64,000 nucleotides of DNA. It comes from Hyalangium minutum. GTDB taxonomy: Bacteria; Myxococcota; Myxococcia; Myxococcales; Myxococcaceae. Below are positions 28,514 through 37,709 of the stretch, piece by piece. The notes below the pieces were generated by a model. The model was not told the DNA's origin, did not search any database, and saw only the letters and a list, made by a program, of their open reading frames with translations. Each line of letters starts with the position of its first letter. Within the stretch, counting starts at the first letter, position 1. Location: the NCBI RefSeq assembly GCF_000737315.1, contig NZ_JMCB01000014.1:296985-360984 (forward strand), given 5' to 3'. The position numbers were made by a program, and so were the translations under genes.

Positions 28514-30360
28514 GGTCGGGATTCACGCAGGATCAGGTTTATCTCTCCGTCACCACGCCGATGGGCAAGGACGTGCTGCGGCTGCACGGCTTCCAGGGCG
28601 AGGAGGCCTTATCGCAGCCCTTCCACTTCACCCTGGAGCTGCACTCCGAGCGGCTCGACGTGGACTTCTCGCGGCTGGTGGGCCAGGGCGCGGCCATCTC
28701 CCTGGTGCTGCGCGACGGTACCGAGCGGTGCTTCCATGGACTCGTCACCCGCTTCGTCCAGGCCGGCACCTTCTCGGACTTCACCCGGTACATCGCCGAG
28801 CTGCGCCCCTGGCTGTGGCTGCTCACGCTCACCCGCGACAGCCGCATCTTCCAGAACCTGACGGTGCCGGAGCTCCTCCAGCAGCTCTTCCGGGAGCAGG
28901 GCTTCAGCGACTTCCGGCTGGCGCTGCGGCGCAGCTACACCCCTCGCGAGTACTGCGTGCAGCACCAGGAGTCCGCGTTCGACTTCGCCTCGCGGCTCAT
29001 GGAGGACGAGGGCATCTTCTACTTCTTCGAGCACACGAAGGACCGGCACACGCTGGTGCTAGCGGACGATGCGGCGGCCCATCTGCCCTGCCCGGGGCCG
29101 GGGGTGGCCCGCGTGCAGGGCCATCAAGGCGCGGCGCGGACGGACGATGCCGTGACGGGGTGCCAGATGGAACAGCAGGTGGTGCCCGGGCGCTACGCGT
29201 TGGGGGACTACTCCTTCCAGACGCCCTCGACGCGGCTCCAGGCGCGGGTGAGCGGCCCGGAGGCGCGCCTCGAGCAGTACGAGTACCCGGGGACCTTCAC
29301 CCGCCAGGACCAGGGCGAGCAGCGCGGCCGCATCCGCCTGGAGGCCCACGAGGTGCAGTCCCGGGCGCTGCGAGGCCAGAGCCACGTGCGTTGGTTCATC
29401 CCCGGCTACCGCTTCACCCTCGCCGAGCACGAGCGCAAGGACATCAATGCGGAGTACGTGCTGCGCTGGGTGTCCCACGCGGCCACGGTGGAGGGGTACA
29501 CCAACAGCTTCGAGGCCTTCCCGGCTGCCACGCCCTTCCGTCCGCCCCGAGTGACGCCCCGGCCGATGGCCACCGGCGTGCAGAGCGCCCGCGTGGTGGG
29601 CAAGGCGGGTGAGGAGATCTGGACGGATCAGTTTGGCCGGGTGAAGGTCCAGTTCCACTGGGATCGCCAGGGCCGGAAGGACGAGCGCAGCTCGTGCTGG
29701 ATCCGGGTGGCGCAGGGCCAGGCCGGCAAGGGCTGGGGGAACTTCTTCCTGCCCCACGTGGGCCAGGAGGTGCTGGTCACCTTCCTGGATGGAGATCCGG
29801 ATCGGCCCATCATCACCGGCTCCGTCTACAACGCCGAGCAGCAGGTGCCGTACCCGCTGCCTGCGGGGCAAACGCGGAGCACGGTGCGCGGCGATGCCTC
29901 GGGCGAGGGCCCGCCCAATGAGCTGTCCTTCGAGGACAAGAAGGGGGCGGAGGAGCTCGCCCTGCACGCCCGCCGGGACATGAAAGTCTCGGTGCAGCGC
30001 GACAGCGTGACGGAGATCCAGGGCAACTGCACGATCCGGGTGCGGGGCAACCTCACCCTGGACGTCCGGGGCTCCATCAACCTCAAGGCGGGGAGGAACT
30101 TCACCCAGCGGGCGGGGATGTCGCTCACGAGCCTGGCTGGGACGAACCTGACGCAGAAGGCCCAGCTCGTGCTGGAGAGCTCGGCGGGGACGATGATGCG
30201 GCACACGTCCGGCCTGGCGATGCTGGCCGACGCCCAGACGATGGTCACCAACGCCCGGCTCGTGCACATGCTCAAGGCAACGCCGCTCATCATCCAGGGG
30301 CCGATGATCATGCAGCCCATGGGGGGGCCGCCGCTCCCACCGATGCCGCCCACAGGCTGA
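28510..30360 (+). CDS. vgrG: VgrG spike protein (TssI), about 616 aa
   Basis: EALSQPF, REYCVQHQESAFDF..RLMEDEGIFY, GRVKVQFHWD, WIRVAQ, FLDGDPDRP; ATGA overlap with tssG. Confidence 0.95.
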   Translation: MRSGFTQDQVYLSVTTPMGKDVLRLHGFQGEEALSQPFHFTLELHSERLDVDFSRLVGQGAAISLVLRDGTERCFHGLVTRFVQAGTFSDFTRYIAELRPWLWLLTLTRDSRIFQNLTVPELLQQLFREQGFSDFRLALRRSYTPREYCVQHQESAFDFASRLMEDEGIFYFFEHTKDRHTLVLADDAAAHLPCPGPGVARVQGHQGAARTDDAVTGCQMEQQVVPGRYALGDYSFQTPSTRLQARVSGPEARLEQYEYPGTFTRQDQGEQRGRIRLEAHEVQSRALRGQSHVRWFIPGYRFTLAEHERKDINAEYVLRWVSHAATVEGYTNSFEAFPAATPFRPPRVTPRPMATGVQSARVVGKAGEEIWTDQFGRVKVQFHWDRQGRKDERSSCWIRVAQGQAGKGWGNFFLPHVGQEVLVTFLDGDPDRPIITGSVYNAEQQVPYPLPAGQTRSTVRGDASGEGPPNELSFEDKKGAEELALHARRDMKVSVQRDSVTEIQGNCTIRVRGNLTLDVRGSINLKAGRNFTQRAGMSLTSLAGTNLTQKAQLVLESSAGTMMRHTSGLAMLADAQTMVTNARLVHMLKATPLIIQGPMIMQPMGGPPLPPMPPTG

Positions 30361-30393
30361 GCGCACCACCACGAAGACAACGGGGGGAGAACC

Positions 30394-30954
30394 ATGCCGA
30401 GGGAATACACGGAGACGGACGAGCGGGCGCGGGTGCGCGAGCGCTTCACCCTGGATGACGAGGGGCGGCTGGAGGGCGTGGCCACCACCTATGACGAAGC
30501 GGGCCGGCGCATCCAGGAGTCGACCTGGCACGCGGGCACGCTGCACGGTCCCACGATCCACTACGGCCCGGACGGTCAGGTGGTGCAGCGGGTGACGTTC
30601 GTTTCAGGCCAGCTCAAGGGACCGGCGGAGCTTCAAGGCGAAGAGGGGCGCCTCCGTCTCCAGTTGGGCTTCCACGAGGGCCGGCTGCATGGCGAGCTGC
30701 ACGCTTGGCAGGACGGCCAGCCCTTGATGAAGCACACCCTGGCAGAGGGCACCCCCGAGGGTCCGCTCGAGCTCTACGAGGCAGGCCGGCTCACCCGCCG
30801 GGTGCTCTTCCAGCAGGGACATCCTCTTGAGGAGAACACAGGGCCACATGAACAGCAGGCCCCTGGGGCCACGCCTGAGGAGAAAGCAGCCCCGGACCGC
30901 GCGCCCCTCTCCTCCTGGCTGCAGGGCTGGCTCCAGGGGAGCCACGGCACCTGA
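30394..30954 (+). CDS. MORN-variant repeat protein (YwqK-like)
   Basis: Repeated G.LEG/G.LHG...Y/W..G motifs. Confidence 0.75.
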   Translation: MPREYTETDERARVRERFTLDDEGRLEGVATTYDEAGRRIQESTWHAGTLHGPTIHYGPDGQVVQRVTFVSGQLKGPAELQGEEGRLRLQLGFHEGRLHGELHAWQDGQPLMKHTLAEGTPEGPLELYEAGRLTRRVLFQQGHPLEENTGPHEQQAPGATPEEKAAPDRAPLSSWLQGWLQGSHGT

Positions 30955-31024
30955 GTCACATCGGCCCTCGGAACACTCCAATGGATGGGGAGCCTCACCT
31001 TTCACCTTCTCAAGGAGACACACG

Positions 31025-31534
31025 ATGCGCCGGATGCTGTCCCTGGCAATGATTGCCGCCGTGACTTGGGGCTCGAGTGCGCTGGCGCGCGCCGAGCCCA
31101 CCCCTCTCGCTATCACCCGCAAGGACAGCCCCCAGGTGCTGACGCTGGGCGGCGGGCCCGAGGGAAAGGACGGAGCGGCGATCCTGCTGTCCCCCAACAA
31201 GGCCCTGCCCGGCCAGAACTTCTCGCTCAAGCCGGTGGGCAAGCCTGAGGATCAGACGTTCAACATCGTCTCCCAGCAGAGCCCATGGTGCGTCGACGTC
31301 GAGCGAGGGAGCACCGAGGACGGTGCCGCGATCGTCCAGAAGCCATGCAACGGCGCGACGTGCCAGGTGTTCCGGGTGAGCGACCGGGGCGCCGATGGCC
31401 ACCGCGAGCTCCGCAATGAGCTCAGCGGCAAGTGCCTGTCGGCGCCGCAGAGCAAGGACTCCGGGCTGATCCAGGCCACGTGCACCGGTAAGGACGAGCA
31501 ACGCTTCCGCATCAGCCCCCAGCGCGACGGCTGA
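31025..31534 (+). CDS. Secreted ricin-B (RICIN) lectin-domain protein
   Basis: Signal peptide; CVDV, QKPCNGATCQVF, SGKCL, QRF; ATG 31025. Confidence 0.8.
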   Translation: MRRMLSLAMIAAVTWGSSALARAEPTPLAITRKDSPQVLTLGGGPEGKDGAAILLSPNKALPGQNFSLKPVGKPEDQTFNIVSQQSPWCVDVERGSTEDGAAIVQKPCNGATCQVFRVSDRGADGHRELRNELSGKCLSAPQSKDSGLIQATCTGKDEQRFRISPQRDG

Positions 31535-31571
31535 CCCAGCGCAAAGCGTTTTCAACGTCGCCGCGTGCGCG

Positions 31572-32492
31572 TCAGCGGAAGGGCTGGGCGAGATAGTGGG
31601 CGCCCAGCTCCGTCACCGTGCCCGGAGCGCCGAGCAGGCTCGCGAAGCACGGATCATTCGTCCACCGCCCCGTGAACCAGGCGTAGCGGAACACGTCCTC
31701 CCGGCTCTCGCAGACGGCGACCATCTCTGTCATCTGCGCCTTCTGCTTGGCCACCGAGTCGATCTGCGCGCCATCCCTCTGGGTGTGGCAGTTGGCGAAC
31801 TCGGTGACCCAGAACGGCTTGCCGTACTTCTTGAGCCGGTCCAGCTGCTGCGCCAGCCCATAGTCGTACCAGTGGAACGCGAGGTAATCGATCCGCGGAT
31901 CTCGGTTCCCATTCGCCGAGCGATAGGCCGCATAGAAGGCGTCGAGCCAGACGATCGGATCCGCGTAGCCGGGATAGGTGCCCCAGGTGATGGCGGGGCC
32001 TACGAGTTTCACCCCGGTGTTCGCGGCGACGCTCTCGTACCGAGGCCACAACTGCGCGGCGGCCTGGGGCGACATGTTGGCCTGATCCGTCAGGTTGGGC
32101 TCGTTGAGGAGCAGCAGGTACTGGACGGAGGGATGGGCCTTCAGAAAGGCCTCGATGCTGGCGGCGTCGAAGTTCCCGTTCCAGAGCATGGGAATGAAGT
32201 CCATGCCGTAACGGGACCGATAGTCCGTGGGCACCCCCGCATGGGGCCGAGGGCTCCAGTTGTACCACCAGCTCACCCCCGAAGAGACGGCCGCCATGTC
32301 CTCGGGAGTGGCCAGATCGAAGGCAATCCCCCGCTTGGCACTCTTGGGCGGAGGCTGCGGCTGAGTGCCTCCATCCGTCGGAGTCTCCGTGCCTCCGTCC
32401 CCCGGAAGCTCGGGGCCCGTGTCCGGCTTGCTGGACCCACACCCCAGCAGCAGCAGCGCGGTGATGCACAACGCTTTCACGCGAGGGCTCAT
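31572..32492 (-). CDS. GH128-type beta-1,3-glucanase lipoprotein
   Basis: Lipobox LLGC; KRG, SWWYNW, FIPMLW, LLNEPN, AFHWY, PFWVTEFA. Confidence 0.85.
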   Translation of the reverse strand: MSPRVKALCITALLLLGCGSSKPDTGPELPGDGGTETPTDGGTQPQPPPKSAKRGIAFDLATPEDMAAVSSGVSWWYNWSPRPHAGVPTDYRSRYGMDFIPMLWNGNFDAASIEAFLKAHPSVQYLLLLNEPNLTDQANMSPQAAAQLWPRYESVAANTGVKLVGPAITWGTYPGYADPIVWLDAFYAAYRSANGNRDPRIDYLAFHWYDYGLAQQLDRLKKYGKPFWVTEFANCHTQRDGAQIDSVAKQKAQMTEMVAVCESREDVFRYAWFTGRWTNDPCFASLLGAPGTVTELGAHYLAQPFR

Positions 32493-32552
32493 CGGTCTCC
32501 ATCTCTTCCCAGCAGGCACTTGTGCCCATCTGAAAACGCCATCACAGGAAAC

Positions 32553-32569
32553 TCAAGGAATTCTTGACT
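32553..32569. promoter_or_regulatory. TCAAG-N5-CTTGA inverted repeat overlapping a TTGACT -35-like hexamer between the divergent GH128 and GH30 genes
   Basis: TCAAGGAATTCTTGACT seen directly. Confidence 0.4.
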
Positions 32570-32621
32570 ATCACACAGCCAGGAGCGTACTTCCCCGAGA
32601 CTCGCCAAGAAGGAGCCCGCC

Positions 32622-34544
32622 ATGACGCACCACACTCGCTCACTGGGGAAGCGCCTCTCGTTGTCTTCGAAGGGCCTGAGGATGGCCTGTCTCGCCCTGG
32701 GACTGCTCGCCGGGATGACGGCCTCGGCAGGTCCCACGGTGCAGGTCGTCTGGTCGTCCGAGAAAAACCCGGGCGATGGGGCCTGGTTCAACGGGCCGAT
32801 GTCGTCTCCCTATGCGCTGAGCCAGCAGGCCTCGAGCGCCTTCACTGACCCGACCTCCACGTCCGCCACCTCGATCGCCGTGGATCCCTCGGTGCAGTAC
32901 CAGAGCATCCTCGGCATCGGCACGTCGCTGGAGGAGTCGACGATCTTCAACCTGGCGCGGATGTCCTCGGCGAAGCGGACGGAGGTGCTGCAGAAGCTGC
33001 TGTCGCCCTCCACCGGCGCGGGCATGAATCTGGTGCGCATCACCTTTGGCACGTCTGACTTCACGGGCCGCACGTTCTACACCTATGACGACCGGCCCTA
33101 TGGGCAGACGGACCCGAGCCTGACGTACTTCTCCATCCAGAAGGACATCGACTACAACATCATCTCCACGCTCAAGCAGGCGCTGGCGGTCAATCCCAAC
33201 CTGAAGATCTTCGCGAGCCCCTGGAGCCCGCCGGCGTGGATGAAGGACAACCAGAGCCTCATCGGCGGCAAGCTGCTGACGCAGCACATCCCGGTGCTCG
33301 CCACGTACTACCGCAAGGCGATCCAGGCCTACCAGGCGCAGGGCATCCCCATCTACGGGCTCACGGTGCAGAACGAGCCGTTGTACACGGCGCCGGACTA
33401 CCCGAGCACCCACGTCACCGCGGACCAGGAGCGCCAGCTCATCATTGCCGTGCGCAACGAGCTGAACGCCAACGGCCTGAGCGGGGTGAAGATCTGGGCG
33501 TATGACCACAACTTCGACTCGGCGGCGGCGTACATGGCGCCCATCATGAGCGACGCCACGGCGAACGCGGCGGTGGACGGGGTGGCCTTCCACGACTACG
33601 CGGGCGACCCGAGCACCATGACCACGGTGCACAACTCCTATCCCAGCAAGAACATGCTGATGACGGAGCGCTCCTGGTGGGGCACCTCGGGGGCAGATCG
33701 GATGGCGCAGTACTTCCGCAACTGGGCGGTCAGCTACAACGCCTGGGTGACGATGCTCGACAGCACCATCAAGCCCGAGCAGTGGACGGGAACGCCCGGC
33801 CCGACGATGGTCATTCAGAACGCGTACACCTATGACACGTACTGGCTGCTGCCCGAGTACTACCTGATTGCCCAGTACTCCAAGTTCGTGCAGCCGGGGG
33901 CCAAGCGCATCTCGAGCACCTATGGCTCCAGCGGCACGGTGACGAACGTGTCCTTCCTCAACCCGGACAACACGATTGTCTCGGTCATCATCAACCAGAC
34001 GGGCTCGAGCCAGACGTTCAAGCTCACGAGCGAGGGCCAGGAGCTGGTCGCCACGATTCCCGCGAAGACGGTGGGCACGTACAAGTGGACGCGTCAGGGC
34101 ACGGGCACGCCGGCGAACCTGCTGACCAACCCGGGCTTCGAGACGGGCACTGCGTCGAGCTGGACGAGCGAGTGGCACAACGCGGTGCTGGCCTACAAGG
34201 TGGACACGGACTACCCCTACCTGGGCTCGTACAAGCTCACCCTCTTCGAGGTGGGGGCCTATCAGCAGGTCCTGGGGCAGGTGAAGTCGGTGGCCAACGG
34301 CACGTACACGGCCAGCGTGTACGTGCGCTCAGGCGGCGGCCAGCGGGTGCTGCGCCTGTACGCGAAGAACTATGGGGGCGCGGAGAAGACGGCGGAGATC
34401 GGCTCCAGCGCCGTCACCAACTACACCCAGTACACGATCACCGGCATCCAGGTGACCAACGGATCCATCGAGATCGGCGTGTACACGGACGCCAACGCCT
34501 ACAACTGGGCGGCGTTCGACAACTTCGAGCTGGTGAAGAACTGA
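32622..34544 (+). CDS. Secreted GH30 glycoside hydrolase (glucosylceramidase/beta-1,6-glucanase-like) with C-terminal CBM
   Basis: GTSDF, ASPWSPPAWMK, VQNEP, FHDY, MTE; NLLTNPGFETG CBM start. Confidence 0.9.
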   Translation: MTHHTRSLGKRLSLSSKGLRMACLALGLLAGMTASAGPTVQVVWSSEKNPGDGAWFNGPMSSPYALSQQASSAFTDPTSTSATSIAVDPSVQYQSILGIGTSLEESTIFNLARMSSAKRTEVLQKLLSPSTGAGMNLVRITFGTSDFTGRTFYTYDDRPYGQTDPSLTYFSIQKDIDYNIISTLKQALAVNPNLKIFASPWSPPAWMKDNQSLIGGKLLTQHIPVLATYYRKAIQAYQAQGIPIYGLTVQNEPLYTAPDYPSTHVTADQERQLIIAVRNELNANGLSGVKIWAYDHNFDSAAAYMAPIMSDATANAAVDGVAFHDYAGDPSTMTTVHNSYPSKNMLMTERSWWGTSGADRMAQYFRNWAVSYNAWVTMLDSTIKPEQWTGTPGPTMVIQNAYTYDTYWLLPEYYLIAQYSKFVQPGAKRISSTYGSSGTVTNVSFLNPDNTIVSVIINQTGSSQTFKLTSEGQELVATIPAKTVGTYKWTRQGTGTPANLLTNPGFETGTASSWTSEWHNAVLAYKVDTDYPYLGSYKLTLFEVGAYQQVLGQVKSVANGTYTASVYVRSGGGQRVLRLYAKNYGGAEKTAEIGSSAVTNYTQYTITGIQVTNGSIEIGVYTDANAYNWAAFDNFELVKN

Positions 34545-34605
34545 CGGGCTATCGAAGCGAGCCGGTGTTGGAGACGTAGGCCGTCTTTCCATCCGAAGAC
34601 GCAAC

Positions 34606-34624
34606 CCCCGCCAGGGTGGCGGGG
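34606..34624. terminator. Hairpin between the convergent GH30 and MCP genes
   Basis: CCCCGCCA-GGG-TGGCGGGG. Confidence 0.5.
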
Positions 34625-34722
34625 TCCACAATCGCCAGCGTGTGGGTGGTCTTCGAGACGATGAGCAGAGAGCGCTTCGGCGTGGGCTCCGCGGCGCTCT
34701 GCTCCCACCGCGACACAGATCA

Positions 34723-36291
34723 TCAGGGTGCGATCCAGTTGGACTGCACCCGGGTGGGGGCAGCCAGGGAAGGGGCCTCCGGACCGGACGACACCTGGAA
34801 GAAGGACACGAGGCGCCGGAGCGTCTCGGCTTGGGCCGACATCTCCTCGGCCGTCGAGGACAGCTCTTCGGCCGCCGAGGCGTTGCGCTGCGTGACTCGG
34901 TCCACCTGCTTCATCGCCTCATTCATCTGGGTCACCCCGGAGGCCTGCATGGTGGAACTGGAGACCACCTCCTGCACCAGCTCCGACGTCCTCCGGATGG
35001 AGGGCACCAACGCCTCGAGCAGGGTTCCCGAGCGCTCGGCCACCTTCACGCTCTGGAAGGCCATGGTGCCAATCTCTCGCGCCGCGCCCTGGGCGCGCTC
35101 GGCCAGCTTGCGCACCTCGGTCGCCACCACCGAGAAGCCCCGGCCGTGCTCACTGGCCCGCGCCGCCTCGATGGCCGCGTTCAGGGCCAGCAGGTTCGTC
35201 TGGTAGGCCATCTCCTCGATGATGGAGATCCGCTCGGCGATGGCACTCATCGCCTGCACCGTCTCCTTCACCGCATGGCCGCTCTCGGACGCCTCGGCGG
35301 CCCCCTGGAGGGCCATCTGCGCCATCTGCCGGCTGTGGTTGCCATTCTCATGGATGCTGGCGCTCATCCTCTCCAGGCCGGCGGTCGTCGCCTCCACGCT
35401 GCTGGCCTGCTCGCTGGTGCCCTGCGACAGCGACTGAGAGGCTGCCGCCACCTGCGCCGACGCCGAGGCCAGCGCCCGGGCGCCCTGGAGCACCTCGCGC
35501 AGCGTCTGCTCCAGCCGCTGCACCATGCGCTTCATGGCCGCCAGCATCTGGCCCGCCTCATCCCGGGTGGCCGCCTCGATGTGCACGGTGAGCTCGCCCT
35601 CGGCGATGCGGTCCGCGACACGGACCGCCTCCGCGAGAGGACGGATGATGCTCCGGGCCACGGCCAGGCAGAGCAGCGCCCCCAGCAAGAAGCTGGAGAA
35701 CATCACGGCGAGGATCCACCGCCGGGCGGACTCGTGAACCGCGGCGGCCTGAGCGGTCGCCTGGCGCGCGCCTCCGATGAAGGAGCCCACCAGCGTGTTC
35801 AGCCGTTCCGAGACGGCTTTGAAGGACTCCTCCGTCTGGAGCTGGAGCGACGCCATACTTGGATCCCCCTTGGTTCGCCGGGAGAGTTCGAGCAAGCGCT
35901 GGTGCTGCTCGAGGTAGCTCGCCCAGTGCCTCTGGAGCTCGTCGACGGCCGCGCGCTCGGACTCCTTGCGTGAGGCCTGCTGGTAGGCCTGCAGGGACTG
36001 CGCGAAGTCCTCTCGGGCCTGCTTCGCCTCGCGTTCGAAGCGCTCCATCCTCTCGGGGGACGAGGCCACGAGGTGGCTCAGCTCAGAGGTGCGCAGCCGG
36101 TACAGGCTGCTGCGCAGCCTCGAGAGGTGTTGGACACTGGGGCCCCATTGGTTGGCCGCGTCGTCCGCCGCCTGGCGGAGCTGATCAATCACACCGAGGG
36201 CGAAAACCCCCAGCCCCGAGGACAGGAGCAGCAAGGAGAGGAAGGCCACCAGGAGCTTGGTGGTGATCTTGAGGTTCTGGAACCACGCCAT
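34723..36291 (-). CDS. Methyl-accepting chemotaxis protein (4HB sensor, HAMP, signalling domain)
   Basis: Two TMs; [31 protein letters not shown]; ATG 36291. Confidence 0.95.
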   Translation of the reverse strand: MAWFQNLKITTKLLVAFLSLLLLSSGLGVFALGVIDQLRQAADDAANQWGPSVQHLSRLRSSLYRLRTSELSHLVASSPERMERFEREAKQAREDFAQSLQAYQQASRKESERAAVDELQRHWASYLEQHQRLLELSRRTKGDPSMASLQLQTEESFKAVSERLNTLVGSFIGGARQATAQAAAVHESARRWILAVMFSSFLLGALLCLAVARSIIRPLAEAVRVADRIAEGELTVHIEAATRDEAGQMLAAMKRMVQRLEQTLREVLQGARALASASAQVAAASQSLSQGTSEQASSVEATTAGLERMSASIHENGNHSRQMAQMALQGAAEASESGHAVKETVQAMSAIAERISIIEEMAYQTNLLALNAAIEAARASEHGRGFSVVATEVRKLAERAQGAAREIGTMAFQSVKVAERSGTLLEALVPSIRRTSELVQEVVSSSTMQASGVTQMNEAMKQVDRVTQRNASAAEELSSTAEEMSAQAETLRRLVSFFQVSSGPEAPSLAAPTRVQSNWIAP

Positions 36292-36511
36292 GCAGACCTC
36301 GCGTGCGGAGGGCGGGATCTTCATGCGGAGCGGGGGGGTGTCCAGATTACGCGCTTCCCTGGGGCACAATGCCCCATCTGGAGCCAAAGACGGCGGGCGC
36401 ACCGCTGGCTTCAGGAGGCGCCCCCCGGGTTGTCATCGCTGTCCACGCCGTTGACACCTCAGCGCCTGGGCCCAAAGTCAGGCACAAAGGTTTCGCGCCC
36501 TTACACGGTGG

Positions 36512-36527
36512 CTGTGCAGTTGCACAG
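36512..36527. promoter_or_regulatory. Palindromic operator-like site CTGTGCA-GT-TGCACAG, 10 bp before the start at 36537
   Basis: Perfect 7-bp inverted repeat; TTGACA at about 36450. Confidence 0.45.
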
Positions 36528-36536
36528 GGCCTGCGC

Positions 36537-37709
36537 ATGAGCGCCTCCTTCTATCTGTTGCTCGCGATCGGCCTGCTCGGGGCATTTGACGTCGTCTACT
36601 TCCACATCTACCGCTGTCGCCTGCACTCGAGGCCGGAGTGCAGACGCGAGGTGCTCTGGCACACCGTTCGTCATCTCGTGTACACGCTGCAGCTCTTCTG
36701 GGTGCCGCACCTGCGCTTCCATGGAGCAGCGCTCCTGATGCTGGGGGTGCTGTACGCCGCGGATGTCTTTGTCGCCTGGGCGGACGTCTGGGAGGAGCGG
36801 GACAGCCGTGCGCCTCAGGGCGGTTTGCCTCGGGGCGAGTACTTCATGCACGTGGTGCTCAGCTTGCTCGTGGGCCTCTACCTCATGACCACCTTCCAGG
36901 CCGTGTGGCCAGACCGGCTGCTGCCCACTGCGATCCGCGTGGAGCCCCCCGCGGTTCCCGTCGTGCTGCGGGCCTTCATGACGCTCATGGGCGCAGTGAC
37001 GCTGGCGGCCTTCGTTCATGATCTCCGCCGGTGGATCTCTCGTCCTGCCGCACCGGCCGCCACGAACCACGAACTCCTCGCGCGCCGCATCGTGGTGGAG
37101 GCACTCATCCCTGCCCCCATTGAGCGTGTCTGGGAGCGCTCCCAAGATCCGGACTTGCACACGGGCTGGGATCTGCGCTTCTCCGCCATCCGCTACCTCC
37201 CCGGCCAAGACGCGCGCGGATTCCAGCTCATGGAGTACCGCACGCGCCTCGGCTTTGGGCTCGAAGTGACAGGGTGGGGCCGCTACCTGCAGAACGTCCC
37301 TCTCGAGCGCTCGACCTTCGAGTTTGGCTCGGAGGATCCGAAGAGCCTCATCACCCATGGGCGGGGAGTGTGGCTCTACGAGCGCCGGCCCGAAGGGACT
37401 TTCTTCAAGACGGTGTTCGACTACGAGACGCGCCACGGTGTGGTGGGCGAGCTGCTCGACTTCTGCCTCTTCCGCCCCCTGATGCAGCTGGCAACCGAGT
37501 GGAGCTTCGAGACGCTACGGAGGTGGTGCGAAGGGGACGAGCAGGCTGTGGCCCACCGGCGCTCACGCTGGCGCTTCCTCTGCTTCCTCCTGACGCGCGC
37601 GCTGGGCCGCAAGCCCGGGTCCGGAGCTGCGCGGAGCTGGTTGGGCTCAGGCCGAGCGTTTCCCCACCCGGCGCCTGTCGCCCACCCCATCGCGGAGGTG
37701 ACGCCATGA
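36537..37709 (+). CDS. Membrane protein with His-containing TM domain fused to an SRPBCC-like domain (resembles Bacillus YndG-type proteins)
   Basis: TM segments with HTVRH and EYFMH; VWERSQDPDLH..WDLRFS.I.YLP, FRPLM..ATEWSFE. Confidence 0.6.
   Translation: MSASFYLLLAIGLLGAFDVVYFHIYRCRLHSRPECRREVLWHTVRHLVYTLQLFWVPHLRFHGAALLMLGVLYAADVFVAWADVWEERDSRAPQGGLPRGEYFMHVVLSLLVGLYLMTTFQAVWPDRLLPTAIRVEPPAVPVVLRAFMTLMGAVTLAAFVHDLRRWISRPAAPAATNHELLARRIVVEALIPAPIERVWERSQDPDLHTGWDLRFSAIRYLPGQDARGFQLMEYRTRLGFGLEVTGWGRYLQNVPLERSTFEFGSEDPKSLITHGRGVWLYERRPEGTFFKTVFDYETRHGVVGELLDFCLFRPLMQLATEWSFETLRRWCEGDEQAVAHRRSRWRFLCFLLTRALGRKPGSGAARSWLGSGRAFPHPAPVAHPIAEVTP

Noticed and set aside
36481-36497. Sigma54 promoter (GGCAC...)
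   Set aside because: GG-N10-GC spacing is not satisfied
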